This document shows positions 12,801 to 28,456 of a stretch of 64,000 bases of DNA, one piece after another. Numbering within the stretch: position 1 is the first letter of the stretch; every line of letters begins with the position of its first letter. The stretch lies in assembly GCF_009914755.1 (NCBI RefSeq), contig NC_060935.1; one strand, given 5' to 3'. A program made the translations under genes and the position numbers. The DNA is from the human T2T-CHM13v2.0 reference genome, Homo sapiens. Below the pieces are notes generated by a model. The model did no database searches, was not told the origin of the DNA, and saw only the letters and a program-made list of their open reading frames with translations.

Positions 12801-15399
12801 TGTGACAGTCATTCATTTCTTTGTTGCTTTTTTTAAATTCAGAAACTGAATTATATGATGGTATTACATGATCATGGAAAGTGAAGGAGCTTTAGGAGTC
12901 AACCTGCCTTCATTTTTATTTTACAAATGAAGAAGCTAGGACCTCAAAATATAATGATTTATCAAAAGCCATGGTTAATGAGCCAGAATGCAGATATGAA
13001 CACAAATGTCCTGACTGCAAGTTCATTGTGCTTTACAGCAGGTCATAATCAGCTTGTCACAGATAAAGAGTGGCAATCTTATTTTAGCATGTTCCCCTTA
13101 GATGGGAGGTAGGGAGGTGCTCCAGGAAACTCCCATGTTTACTAAGAATGCTGTAGCAGAATGTTAACTGTAACACTAAAAGAATTAATAACTAATTTTG
13201 TTGAAATACAGATATTCTAAATATTACATTGTAAACCATTTAGTATTTAATAAACTATTAGAAAATTATTTATTATATCTAACCCCAACTTGGTTTCCTA
13301 TTGTTTGTAATTAAAATGTATATCCTGTTTTGAGCTGTGAAGTTTATGCATGATGCAAAGAGAGAAAGAAAAGTTGAACTTTATTTGGCTTTTTGAGTAG
13401 AGAATTACTACTCTGGGATTGGGTGAAATCTTTGAGATTATATCTTTATTTTACTGCCTTGTAGTGTTTTCAAACAATACAAATTAAGAATAACTAAGTT
13501 TAGTCTCTCACATTTACTCCTGTGACCCTGAGTCAAGTGACTCAGTTCTCCTGGATCTGTAATACAACGAGTGAATAAGCTCTCCGGAGTGATTAAGTTC
13601 TCATTATGTAAGATTCTGCGTTTACAAGTCTACATGAAAAAGCAAGTATGAACATTTATAGAACTAGTTTCTAATGTCTACCCCAAACCACATTTTCTAC
13701 TTAGTACCCGAATGTACCTCCACTCATTCCATCAAAGGTCGTGTAGACAGGTCTCCAGATAATTGTTGGATTGCAGCATTCTAATGCAAATTTAGTACAA
13801 ATGAATTGCAAAGATTCCTTGTAGAATTCGAAAAAGAAAAAAAAAAGTAAGATTTCATTAAGTTAGTGAGAGTGACATTAGGGAATCCTCAAATCGCACA
13901 CACACAAAAAGGATATCAGAGAGTTAAGCTAGTTAATAATTGCAAAAGAAAATGTTAAAGAAACACAAAAATCATAATATCCTGTGTGATTTAAAAATAA
14001 TGATTTTATTATTATTTATTTTATAATTAATACTTGATTTTATTATCAAGTATTTAAGAAGTGCCTTTAGGAAATCTGAAAAACTTGCCAAACTAACTCT
14101 ACAATTGCCCTGTCAAAGCCAAGCAAGAAAATAATGGTATCTTATTGCCATCATATGGTGTTGACAGAAAGTTTATACAAAGAAACAAAATGACTCAATT
14201 CTCTTTTCATTTTAATGGAAGCTACATTATGTTTCAGTAGTAATTTAAATTTTATTAAGTATAGCATCATTTATTTTCATATATTTTTATTTCTTTTGCT
14301 CATTTTGGGTTTAATTAGCTTTTCTTAATTTTTACTAGTTTCTTAAAATGGAAACATAGGTCATTGATTTCAGACTGTTTTTCTTAATAAAAGTGTTTAA
14401 TGCTGTACATTTTCCTCTAAACACCACTTTTGCTAAATCTTATACATTTTGATTTGTTTTCATTTTCATCTCGTTCAAATATGTTTTATTTTTTATGTTT
14501 TTTCTTTGACCCATGGGTTATTTAAAAATGTTGTTTAATTTCCAAAAATGCAGAAATTTTCCAGATATCTTTTTGTTCTTAATTTCTAGTTCAATTGGGA
14601 TTTGATCTAAAAATGAACTCCTTGTGATTCTAATCCCTTAAAATGTATTGACACCTGTTTTATTGCCCAGAATATGTTCAATCTTGGTGAATGTTCCATA
14701 TGCACTTAAAAAGAATTTGTATTCCATTATTGTTAGATAGAACATTCTACAAATGCCAATTAGTTCCAATAGGTTGATAGTGATGTTCAAGTTTTCAATA
14801 GGCTTACTGAATTTCTGGCTGCTTGTATTAATTACTGAGAGAAGAGTATTGAAATAATTAACTATAATTATGAATTTATCTGTCTTTACAGTTCCATCAG
14901 TGTTTGCTTTATGTTGAAGCTTTTTAGTTTCGGTGTTTAAATCATTTACATTTAATTTAATGAAAATACAGTTGGCTTTAAATCTAGCAGTTCACCATTG
15001 CTTTGTACTTATCTATTTCTTCTTTCTTTGTTTTATTTTCTTTTTTTACCTTGATTTGGGTTGAGTATTTTTTATAATTCCACTTTTTTCTCTAAAGTTA
15101 GACATGCCTCTGTATTTTTTTTTTCTTTTTAGTAATTGCTTTAGGTTGTTGGTTCCTGAACTGGATTCCTTAGACCAGCATCAATTGGAATCTTGTTAGA
15201 AAAGCAAATTCTTGAGCCCTATCCAAGATCTGCCAAATCAGAAACTAGGGATGGGGAGACCTAACTATTTGTGTTCTATGAAGTCTCTAAAATGATTCTG
15301 ATGAAGCCAAAATTAAAGAAACATTGTTCTAAGTTTACAGTATACATCATTAGCTTATCACAGCCTATTTTATTTTTTATGTTTATGTTTATGTTTATT

Positions 15400-15603
15400 T
15401 TTTAGAGACAGAGTATTGCTCTGTTGCCCAGGCCAGAGTGCAGTGACATGATCTAGACTCACTGCAACCTTGAATTCCTGGGCTCAAGAGCTCTTCCCAC
15501 CTCAGTCTCCTGAGTAGCTGGAACTACAGTTGCATACCACCATGCTTAGCTAACTTTTAAAATTTTTTGTAGGAATGGGATCTCACTCTGTTGGCCAGGC
15601 TGG
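15400..15603 (-). mobile_element. Truncated AluJ
   Basis: Antisense Alu right arm plus part of the left arm. Confidence 0.85.
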
Positions 15604-16682
15604 TACTTTGAATAATATTGTAACACTTCATGTACTTCCATTTCTTCCATCCCTTTTGCTATTTTTGCATTCATCTTACATATACATATGTTATAATTCT
15701 CATTATTAGTATTTTTTGTTTTAAACATCTAACATATATTAAAAATATTAGAAATTAGACAAAATAAATATTTTATATTTACTGACAGATTTTACTATTT
15801 TGGTGTCCTTCTTTCCTTTGGTTGATTCAAATTTCTATCTAATTTTATATTCCTACTTCTTGAGTAGTTTTCTTTAGTGTCCTTTATAGTGCTGGTTTGC
15901 TGACAATTCTTTCAGCTTTTGTTTGTATACAGTTTTTATTCCATCTTCATTTCTGAAAAATCATTTTTGTTTGGCATAAAATTTGCTTGATATATAATAG
16001 TTGATGTCTTGATTTATATTTTAGTACTTTGAAGATATCACTTCATTGCCTTCTGACTTACACAGTTTATGACAAAAAGTTCACTTTCATTCTTATATTT
16101 CATTCTTATATTTTCTGTTGATGATTTGTAATGTGTCTTTTCCCCTAGTCTGTTTGGTTTTTTGTTTTTCTTTTTGTCACTCGTTTTTAGTATTTTATTA
16201 TCAATTGCCTAGGTATAGTTTCCTTTGTGTTTATTCTCCTTGAGATTTAATGAGATCTTTTATTTTTTTTTTTTCTTCTCCCTTGGTCTTCTCTCATGTT
16301 GGACTGCGGTTACATGTATTTTTGACTAGTTGGTATTGTCCCACAGGCCACTTATGCTCTGTTCTTCTTCTTTTTTTTTTTTTTTTCAGTTTTTCTTCTC
16401 TGTGGGCTTCAATTTGGATAGATTCTAATGCTTTTTCTTCAAGTTTACTTTTTCTTCAGCAATGCCTATTCTTTTATTACCTCATCTAGTATATTTATCA
16501 TTTCAAATATTGCATTCCATCTCTAGAATTTATGTTTGGGCCTTAAAAATATTCCATTTATCATCTCATCATGATTATGCTTTTCTTTGAATATATGAAG
16601 CCTGTGTATCATCACTGTTTCAATGACCACGTCTGTCGTCTCTATCATTCTGAGCCTGTTTCTGTTGAATGCTCTTTCTTCT

Positions 16683-17085
16683 TGTATTAGTTTGCTAGGG
16701 CTACCATAGCAATATACCACAGACTGGTGGATTAAACAACAGCAATTTATTTTTTCATAGTTCTAGGGGCTGGAAGTTTAAGATCAAAATGCAGGCAGGA
16801 CTGGTTTCCTGAGATCTCTCTCCTTGACTTGCAGATGGCTATGTTCTTGATGCCTCTTCAGGTGGCTTTTTCTCTGTGCATGCACTTCCCTGGTGTCTCT
16901 TTTTGTGTTCAAATTACTTCTTGTAAGTACACCATTCAGACTGGATTAGGGCCTACCCTAGTACCTTCATTTTAACTTAAATTGCCTCCTTAAAAGCCTT
17001 ATCTCCAGATGCAGTCACATCCTGAATCACTGAGGGTTAGGACTTCAACATATGGGTTTTGGAGGGGCACACTTCAGCCCATAAC
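16683..17085 (-). mobile_element. MaLR solo LTR (MLT1A/B-like)
   Basis: 'tgtattagtttgctagggct...ttcagcccataaca' with TG..CA ends. Confidence 0.8.
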
Positions 17086-18861
17086 ACTCTTAGTTATAGT
17101 TCATACTTTCTTGCTTTTTGAATTCCTGGTACTTTTTTGTTGATTTCTGTACATTTTAAAGTTTAAATATTAGGTGCCAAATTTTGATTTATTTAATAGT
17201 GTTGGACTTGTTCTGACATGCAGTTAAGTTACTCGGGTTCAGTTTGATCCTTACAAGGCTCACTTTTAAGATTTGTTAGTGGAAGTTCAGAGCAGCCTTC
17301 AGTCCAAGGCTAATTTTACCAATATCCCCTCTACTCCTTGCAAATAAGGTGGTACATTTCTGAGAATACAACCCATTGCCCTGTATTTATAGGACTTTCT
17401 ATTCTGGTGTGTGTGAATACAAATTATTTGCAGTCCTGTGTAAACTCTGGCAATTATTTGTCCTATTGATCTCTGATAGCTCTTTACTCACATTCATGAA
17501 GTTTCTTATCGTATATGAACTGATTATTAATCAAAGACTTGAGGATTCTCCGCTACGAATCTCCGAGGCGTCTTTCTGTGGATCTCCCTTCCCTTCCATA
17601 TTCTGCTCCACAAGTTCCAGCTGTTTGGTCCTTAATGAACTCCGTTCTTTGTCTCCTCAGTGTAATCACCAATCTTTGCTGGAGTTTCCCCTGTCTGCTG
17701 CAGCCAGTAGATTGCCTCCAGGCAATAAGCAAAGAGGGTGACTGTGCTTAGCTTGTTTTCTTCCCTTTTCTCAGGGATCATAGTTCCATGCTACCTATTA
17801 TTCAGTGTCCGAAAATACTTACTTCATCTATTTTGTTTGCTTTTTTCTAGATTTTTAATGTAAGAGGGTAGATCTACTCCCTATTACCCCATCATGGCTG
17901 CAAGTAAAATTATATTTTCACAGCTTTTAGTTTCATTTTTCAAGGTAAAAAGTTTTAATAACTTTTTTTTTCAGTATTTACTATTAATTTTTGGTACCAG
18001 TTTTAATGGATTCAATGTCTTTTGTTCAGCATGAGTTATTCTGAGATAATTAAGTCATACTGGATTTTCCCAAGATATGAGATGAAATATTAATCATTTT
18101 GACATCCTAGGAAGAATCAAATGCAAATCAAACTTGGGAAGAAGGTCAATTTGAAATATTATTTATTTCCTGGGATTTATTTAGTCTATTTGTTAGAGAT
18201 ACGTATTATTTAACTACTAAAATTTTATATTAGAGAATAATAAAAACTGCTTGGAATTTGTTACCATTATTGCAGTGCATAAATAAAAAAGAACTAGATG
18301 AATATGTTTTTCGTTTTACTGTGAATATAAATTAGCCACTTAAAATTATTATTTCAAATTGGTAATATCTTTTTTCTTTCCTTCCTTATTCATCACTGCT
18401 TTTGCAAATCCATGTAGGAATTTTAGATAACTATGTGTAAAGTGTCTAATAAAAGAAGAATGTACATTGTCCTGTGTGGACTGAACATCTATTCAGAGGT
18501 CACCTGTTTAGCAATTGACATCTATCAATTACTGCTCTTAATGAGGTTGCTGGTTTCACCGATGACAAGTCATGAAAAGACTAAGGCAAACTGATAAATC
18601 TCTGCCTGATAATAAGCATATTTGTGCTCATAGGTACATTCTTTGAATTATCCTAAATTCTAGAATGAAAAGTATGAGGTAAATAAAATATTTTCCTGGT
18701 TGACATTTATATTTGGAAATAATTAGAAAATTGTTTTCAATATGTAAAATAGCAAGAAATCAACTTTGTTAATACTTTAAACCATGCTCATAAAGCATAC
18801 TTCTTGTCATGTTCTGCCTAATTTTGCACCTGATTTTCCATTTTCTCCGCTCTTGTTCTAG

Positions 18862-18982
18862 GAAAACAGTTGGTGTTTTCTGTTGTGGACCCAATTCACT
18901 ATCTAAGACTCTTCATAAACTGAGAAACCAGAACAACTCATATGGGACGAGATTTGAATACAATAAAGAGTCTTTCAGCTGA
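18862..18982 (+). pseudogene. NOX4P1: NOX4-like terminal exon 18, coding-equivalent part
   Basis: ttctag|G AAA ACA GTT...TTC AGC TGA. Reads KTVGVFCCGPNSLSKTLHKLRNQNNSYGTRFEYNKESFS* (S560R). Confidence 0.95.
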
Positions 18983-20263
18983 AAACTTTTGCCATGAAGC
19001 AGGACTCTAAAGAAGGAATGAGTGCAATTTCTAAGACTTTGGAACTCAGCGGAATCAGACAGCTGTGTTATGCCAAAGAATAGTAAGGTTTTCTAATTTA
19101 TGATTATTTAAAATGGAAATGTGAGAATCTGGCAAGATGACCGGTCACATTACATGTTTAATCTGGAAACCAAAGAGACCCTGAAGAATATTTGATGTGA
19201 TGATTCACTTTTCAGTTCTCAAATTAAAAGAAAACTATTAGATGCACACTGTTGATTTTTATGGTGGATTCAAGAACCCCCTAGTGAGGAGCTGAACTTG
19301 CTCAGTCTAAGGCTGATTGTCGTGTTCCTCTTTAAATTGTTTTTGGTTGAACAAATGCAAGATTGAACAAAATTAAAAATTCATTGAAGCTCTAATTCCA
19401 TTTTCTATGTTGTGTATAAATAGAGTAGCTTTAATTTGCAAGCACTCCAGGCAAATATATTAGATGTTTGAAAACACAGCACAAGACTCTGTATTTATAC
19501 GGGTACTTTGTGTCAATATCTAATCGTCTCCACTACTTATGCTAATACCTCTATTTGATATCTGAAGACTATATGCTAACTGAACCTTCCTCAAACGTTG
19601 TTATAGTATCTATTTTTATATATTTTTTCTTTTTATTCCTCTCTCTAGGGAAATATGCCTTCCCTTAGCATGCATTAGACATAATGATTTAATAGGTTCC
19701 TTTCATCTTTATTTAAATCTATCACAATTGCATGGTAATGAAAATATTCCTACTATAAATTATAAAGGGATATATTATATATATACACATATACTGATAA
19801 CTTTTTCCTTTTTTCAGCATTTTTGTCTCTGTTATTATTATTGTTTTTTTCCCAGGTAGGGTTTGTCTTAGGCTGTAGCCTCTAAGGATAGTTAGTTAAT
19901 TTGCACTTTGAGAACAAAGGACATCATGTGTGTCAGTAGGGACTGAATATAAGATTTATCTCCTTTGTCACACATTGGTTTATGATGGAGATATTGAAAG
20001 TCTAGTCACATTCATGAACAGTAAAACCTGTATTTTACCTTTTAACTAAGAGGAAATATGATATTCTTATTCAAACTTAAGTTTAGAATCCAGAATATTA
20101 CAGTTGCACTTTTTGGTATCCTGAGTTTCCATAGGGAACTATTGGGTTTAAAGTTACTGTTGGAACTACACTGTGTGATCTTATAAACTTATGTTCCCTG
20201 GCTATCATATTCTTGGCTCAGAACAATATTCCCCATTACTATCTTAAGAATTAAGGCATTCAT

Positions 20264-20551
20264 GGCTCACACCTGTAATCCCGGCACTTTAGGAGGCCAA
20301 GGTGGGTGGATCACGAGGTCAGTGTTCAAGACCAGCCTGACCAAGTTGGTGAAACCCCATCACTACTAAAAATACAAAAATTAGGCGGGTGTGGTCGTGG
20401 GCGCCTATAATCCCAGCTACTCGGGAGACTGAGGCAGAGAATCGCTTGAACCCGGTGGGCAGAGGTTGCAGTGAGCCAAGATTGCACCACTGCGCTCCAG
20501 CCTGGGTGACAGAGCAAGATTCCATCTCAAAAAAAAAAAAAAAAAAAAAAA
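20264..20551 (+). mobile_element. AluS (Sg/Sc-like) inside the NOX4-like 3'UTR
   Basis: Slightly 5'-truncated Alu with A-tail. TSD AAGAATTAA(GG/AA)CATTCAT at 20246-20263 and 20552-20569. Confidence 0.93.
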
Positions 20552-21296
20552 AAGAATTAAAACATTCATACAGTTAAGTGATTTTGTTTAGTAGTCAGCT
20601 ATCAATTGCTATCAAATATAACACATTGCTGAAATCAGCAGTGTGACTTACCTTGCCATTGTTAAAATGTTACATGAAACATAACATTATAGATGCTAAG
20701 GCCTTTTTTTGCTATAATTCACCAATAGCAATCAAGCATGCTAACCCATACTGAATGATATTTACTTGTAGATATTTCTTCCTTTCCTTGAAATTCTCCT
20801 TTCTGTGGAAAGAAGATGAACCCCAAAAAGTGACAGGAAATGTGGAATGCTCATGCAGATTTAGCTCTGAAGGCATATTTAATAACTAGTATGTCTTGAC
20901 AACAGTCTTTAGATTAAAAAGAATTTTCATGAAAACATTTAACAGAAAGAACTAGTGAAAAGAAACTTCGAGTTAGTCCAGGCTTAATGTGCAATACTGA
21001 CTCTATACTGCTCATATGTTTATGTGATTATATTAACAGACCTAATTTCATTAAAACAGGTAGAAGATTTTTCAAAAGAAAGATGATGTTTCAAAGCTTG
21101 TCTGCCATTCTAGATGAGCCTCCTTGCTTATTTAAGTTCCAGTAGGTGTTCAAATGTTAAATGTCAAACATAGGTCATCTTTGCTTCTGCAGGGCTTCAT
21201 CTTGCATGTTTAAGAGAACTTTGTTTTATTTTTGAGGGATTATTTCTCTGGGGATCATTCTTATATTACAAGCCTTACATCACTAATTTTAGTAGC

Positions 21297-21366
21297 AATA
21301 AATGTTAAAATTGAAATGGTGTCCTTGAAATTTCTATAAGCTCACTATAACTTTGGAACTAATAAA
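21297..21366 (+). terminator. Candidate distal polyadenylation signals of the NOX4-like 3'UTR
   Basis: AATAAA at 21297-21302 and 21361-21366, about 2.3-2.4 kb after the stop codon. Confidence 0.55.
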
Positions 21367-21436
21367 GCAGCAACATTTGTTCACAAGATGATGCAAGTTT
21401 AGGAAACACACTCTGCTTGTCAGGAATTAGCATTTG

Positions 21437-21755
21437 CACCGGCCGTGGTGGCTCACACCTGTAATCCCAGCACTTTGGGAGGCCGAGGCAGGCAGATCGC
21501 TTGAGGTCAGGAGTTGAAGACCAACCTGGCCAACATGGTGAAACCCCATCTCTACTAAAAATACAAAAATTAGCCAGACATGGTGGTGGGTGCCTATAGT
21601 CCCAGCTACTCGGGAGGCTGAGGCACGAGAATCACTTGAACTGGGGAGGCAAGGCCGAGGTTGCAGTGAGCTGAGATTGTGCCACTGCACTCCAACCCTG
21701 CCCTGGCAACAGAGTGAGACTCTGTCTCAAAAAAAAAAAAAAAAAAAAAAAAAAA
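21437..21755 (+). mobile_element. AluS element
   Basis: TSD AGGAATTAGCATTTG at 21422-21436 and 21756-21770, with a long A-tail. Confidence 0.95.
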
Positions 21756-22080
21756 AGGAATTAGCATTTGAGTGCACACTAGCATGAGAAGCCTTAGGAA
21801 TCTGAGTTCTGGAACTATCAATGTTGTTGCAGGCTAATGGTGTGACTAAGTCAAATTACTTCTCATACATAGACTAAAATGTGTCATTTTATTAATTTTT
21901 GGATAGTGTATCCTTTTGAGAATCTGATTAAAATGTTTAGTATGACATACAGCACATCCCTACAATTTTGGGGAACCTACAAACACACTCCAGAAAGAAG
22001 CACACCTGTTTAAGAACCTCTAAACAAAATGGCTATTGCTATAGGTCTTTCTACTCATACACCTCTTTTCTTTTTCTGTC

Positions 22081-22474
<394 letters not shown>

Positions 22475-23174
22475 TAATCTTGCTGTATCACCCTGATTTA
22501 TGCAAGGGAAGGCTATAATTTTTAAATATAAATAATTCTAAAAAACTATGATTCATACACACACACTTGTACATATATACTACATAAATCCATACATATA
22601 GATAGATACAATTGGGACTTCATTTGCTTTTTTAAAAATTTCAAGTTAAAAGAGAAATGCTTGATAGTTCTTCATTCAGTGACGTTAAAATGCCAGTTGG
22701 GTGACTGTGGTAGTATAGGCATTTAAAACAACAGCATAAAAGCAATGTAGACAAGGAACAGGCTGAATCAATTTAATCTACACAGCCATGTGATTTATAA
22801 ACCCACAAATCAGTGTTTACTTGGAGCATTCACAGCGGGTGATGGATTTAAATTATGAGCCGTTGTTAAAGAGATTCACTGGAGGCAATTGGACTGTTGT
22901 CATTAACAGATAATGCTAGTGATGAAGAATATTCATTATAAAAAAGAGAAGACATTTTAAGAAAAAAAGGTTTGTTTCTTAAGGATGGTTATACTAGACA
23001 AAAAGTGAGTTTTCTAAACAAACCAAGGGGAACATTTTTAAGTTGCTGTTCACTTTAAGAAGTTTCCTTTTCTTGTGCTAGCTATGACTTTTTCCATATA
23101 CAGTTATATTGTTGAATATAAAATACTGAAGGTAGGAGTAGTCTTATTTTACGATTGGGAAAACTAAGGCCTAA

Positions 23175-23572
<398 letters not shown>

Positions 23573-25495
23573 TGGAGTTCAATTTTTTTAATCTCTTCTA
23601 TTGAAAGGCTCTTCACCTCCCCATGAAATCTTCATCTAATAAAAATATCTTGCGCTGTGAGTTTGAATCTCCCTGTTAAACCCTGTTTAGTGCCATGTGG
23701 AAAATATGATACTGAGTGTTAATTCCAGATTCTGATTCAGAAAACTATACTCTTCTTACGAATCTATCTTCTTATTCTAAATTTGTTAGTCTAGTATGTT
23801 TTGCCTATTAAAAACCATTTTCATATACCTGTTTTTAAGTATGATAATTGTGGTAAAGGGACTGTGTTCTCCAGAGTTTTGCATTGGAGAAATCTGTAAT
23901 AGTGTAGTTTCTAGAAAATGCTAATAATATAATTTTAAATTCAAGTTGATAGATGAAAATCATAACTTCACCAGCTTTCTAACCACCCAGGAAAAACTGG
24001 TGTCAAAACAAATGACTATTGTTCACTACTCACATGACCATAACTCACTTTTTGCCCAGGAGAAAAGAGTCAGCATTTTGTAAACTAGTGAGACAGGAAA
24101 TAAATGAAATCAAATGTACTGAGATTGGCATTTACTTCAGCCACCTCAGGACAATGAGAACTCACTGTTATTTCTCTTCTAAATATCCTCTCTATTGCGC
24201 TAACTTTATTGTTCTATTCTGTAAGACTCTTTATTCTATTCTATACTATTATATTCTTTATTCTCAAAGGACAGAATTGCAAAGACTAGCTAAACTAAGT
24301 TTTCTAAAGAGAAAAAGCAGAAAACATCTAATACTTAGGAAAGAGGGGTTTATTATAAGATAAGAGAAAAAAAGGCCATGTGGATCTTTTATAAAAATTA
24401 GCAGAAAGTTTAATGTTGCTTTAGAACGGAGACCAACAACCTGATGCAAAGTGTTAAAATTCACATTTTGGAACTAGGAAGGGCAAGAAATGTCTCATAG
24501 GAGGAATAAAAATTGTCAGGGAAAGCAAAATCATTTAACACATCAGGACATAATAATGTTTTTCCTTTTATAACTCAAAAGATGCTTAAATACATAGTAA
24601 ACTGGCTATTTCTCTGGTTTGGAAGAATGTGAAAGAATGTGATGTTTGGCTAGATTTTAAGGAACTTTTCACATTTTCACTGACATTAGAATTTTAGCAA
24701 GAAACTTTATCTTAGATTAAAATTACATCTAGGTTCTTTAAGAAATAAAGCATTGACGAGCTGCTATTTGACCTAGAGAAGACCCCGACACTTAGATGAG
24801 AGCCAGCACTGCAAAATACTCTAATATACATAGCAATAAAGAAGGCCAGGATGCCATGCATTGCTTTAGTCACATACACAATGCATTAAAATTCTGTCAT
24901 TGCAAGGTCATATTTCACAACCGTTATCCTTTCACCCAGGGAATGAAAACCTTCTTAACAATTGTAGACATTGAGATACACACATTGTCTCTGTTGTAAC
25001 ATAAAAGTATATATATTTACTTATAACAGCATATTCGCTTGAACCTAGTATCAATTTAGTATGACTATGTAATTCATTTTAGTGGTGAGAAATATCCACA
25101 GTGCATAAGATGGGAGCTTTGCTTACTTGCTTAAAAATTTACTGCAGCCAACACATTGGCTAAAGACAAAGCTGTTAAATTTTCTAGGTTTCTATCTGCA
25201 GCTGAACCTCAAAGGAATGTAAAATACCTTACCGCATGTATGTTAGAACATGACCTGGGACATACCCTACACTCTGTGATTGGATGTGCTGCACAGTTTA
25301 TTCTTTAGGTTCCCAGGGACTAACAGGTTTAGGAAAATACAATCTCTTCAGTCAGTGTGGCATTTTTAATGGCAGAACTGGGTGCCCACCAGGTGCAATT
25401 ACACCTTTATTTAAATATGACAATTATCTGCTTACCAAAAGGCGTTAACAGAAGATTATCTTTTTTTTTTCTCTTTTCATTAAAATTTGTTTTAA

Positions 25496-25808
25496 GGCCG
25501 GGCACTGTGGCTCACGCCTGTAATCCCAGCACTTTGGGAGGCTGAGGCGGGCAGATCATCTGAGGTCAGGAGTTCGAGATCAGCCTGGCCAACATGGTGA
25601 AACCCCATCTCTACCAAAAATACAAAAATTAGCTTGGCATGGGGGCAGGCACCCGTAATCCCAGCTACTCGGGAGGCTGAGGCAAGAGAATCACTTGAAC
25701 CTGGGAAGCGGAGGTTGCGGTGAGCCAAGCTTGGCCATTGCACTCCAGCCTGGGGGACAGGAGCAAGACTCGGTCTCAAAAATAAATAAATAAATAAATA
25801 ATAAAAAA
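25496..25808 (+). mobile_element. AluS with (AAAT)n tail
   Basis: Full-length Alu body. Confidence 0.93.
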
Positions 25809-28068
25809 ATTAAATTAGAGGTGGGAAAAGTAGAAATCACTTTAAAAATTAAGCATACAATTGGATGACATGCTGTTCTACCCTGAGAGAGTGCCAGTGT
25901 TACCATTCTATTCAGCCACATTCAATGGTTATGGAGTAAATAGGCTTCTGAGAGAGAAATCAGAAAATTTGGAGCCTTCATCCCTGAAATATATTAGACC
26001 ACTCACATAAAAATGGGAATAATATCTACCAGGGTTGTAGTGTGGCAAAAATGTGGAAGAGGGAGGAGAAGTGTGGTGAAGAGAGAGATTTCCTAGGCAA
26101 ATCTCCCTTAGTAGACTTTTGATGACAGAGTAAAAATCAAACACTGTTGTAAGAAAGTAAAACTCAGGCTTTTATGAGTTGCAGTCCATTGTGCCTGAAA
26201 GATTGATTATTTAATTTTATTTTCTGGGCGAGTAGAGAAACACACACAGCAAACCAGCACCACTGTCTGTCTTTGTTCTGCTCCCCACAAAGAAAGTCTT
26301 TTGTTAAATCTAGTATATGCTTTCTGAATTCCTCTTAGCTAGTTTTGGTCAGGCCCAATATGGCTAGAGATAATTGTATTGACTTATGAAAATTAAGTTA
26401 GGAATTGCAGAGGGTAGCATAAGTTATCCCACTTATTTAAGATTTAATGGAGGAAAATTTAGGTGTTTATGAGAGGTTCTACTGAATTAAATTCAAGACC
26501 TATGTCTTATCACTAGAAATCCTTCCATTTACAAAAAATGCAAGACGTTTTATCTGCTTTTTTTTTTTTTTTAGATGGGAATAAAGTAAATGTATAGCTG
26601 TTTACTCTTACTGGAGATATTTTACATTATGGGTTTTCATCAAATCTCATGTTATCTTGTATATTTTTATATTTAAATAATGTGTGTGTGCATGTGTGTA
26701 TTTTTATGGTGGATTATAAAAAAAAACTCGAGTGAAAATGAAATTCTAGAATAATGCTTAGTAACACCCTCCAGCTTTCATAGCATTCAACAATTTCGGG
26801 TTTGCAGTTAGAGAAAGTGTAGTCCTCCCATCCAAGTGTGAGATGCTCAGCAATCCAGGTTTGGCATTTGATCCTTGTTATCTAGTTAAATGAAAGTGTG
26901 GCATTATACAGTGCTGAAGAGAAAGCACTAAATGAAATTCAATATTCGTAAATAATCGAAAATATGCATATATTTATATATAATTTTATTGCTATAAAGT
27001 CATAGCATGTATAAAGTCATAGTATGTAGGAAAACCTTTATTGCTTTAGAACATGACACAGTGCTTACAATTGAAACAAATAAAATTTGTTCAAACATAC
27101 TTAAAATCTCTTTTCATTGGGAATTATGCACTTTTGGCAATAATAATCAAGAATTTTCTCTAGGATTTTGAGAAGAGCATAGTGTTGTTTTCATCCTAAA
27201 GAAGGATCAGTCTTACATGTGAAGATAATAAAAAAGTAGTATTTAAGAACTACTCCTTTGAAACACTTCGAAAGTGTTCTAATTTCCAAGCCACTCAATG
27301 CTTCTGTAATTTTCCTTACAGCAGGATATGTAATTGGGAATGATAGGATTCTGATATTTAAATTTAACATGCGGGGTTTGGGATTTTGGTTTTATTTTTG
27401 GTTTGTTTTTTCTTATTATTTTTAAATCTCATAATTGTGCCCAGTAAGATAGGAACATTAAATATTTATATAATTTTAAAATATTAAAAATATATATATT
27501 TGCACAGAAAATTAATAAAACATAGTATGTTCATTATGAAGTTTAAATGTTGAGCTTTTATGTTTGACCATTGAGGAGTCAATCTTACCTAAACATTGAG
27601 TATACAGTACATATTTACACACATGTAAAAACTCCTGCTTACAGATTTTTGTTTATTTTATCCAGCACATCATAATCTCCCTTTTTTGGAATCTTCAAAT
27701 GACATAAAATAAAGAATAATAGTAGAGTTACTGTCAAGTGTGCCTAACATTTACCAAGGTGGGATATGAGCCATTTGCCATAAGCCCTGTCCTAGAGACC
27801 AGTGTTCTGATACCATCTGAAAACTACTTTTCCTGTCAGTAAAATGCATATCAGTCTTTTTTCTAAAAATGCTCTCTGAGAATCATTATAGCTTGTGTTT
27901 CTATGTTGACTTTGACTCTCAGTAGGATTGATAATTTTATAGTGGATAGGATGAGTAAAAATGCTTCAGTATATATGACTGTGGGCACCTTTAAAGGTCC
28001 TAAGATATGCCTAGGCTATACCAAGTTGAAATGCTTTCCTGCATCAGCAGCATGAACATATATTTGCT

Positions 28069-28456
<388 letters not shown>

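Larger units (their letters stand above)
14270..17915 (-). mobile_element. Old L1M fragments interrupted by MER5-like (~15150-15330), AluJ and MLT1 insertions
   Basis: T-rich antisense L1 motifs such as 'aatgttccatatgcacttaaaaagaatttgtattcc'. Confidence 0.65.

Noticed and set aside
18962-18967. AATAAA as a poly(A) signal
   Set aside because: It lies within coding-equivalent sequence (Asn-Lys codons) upstream of the stop.
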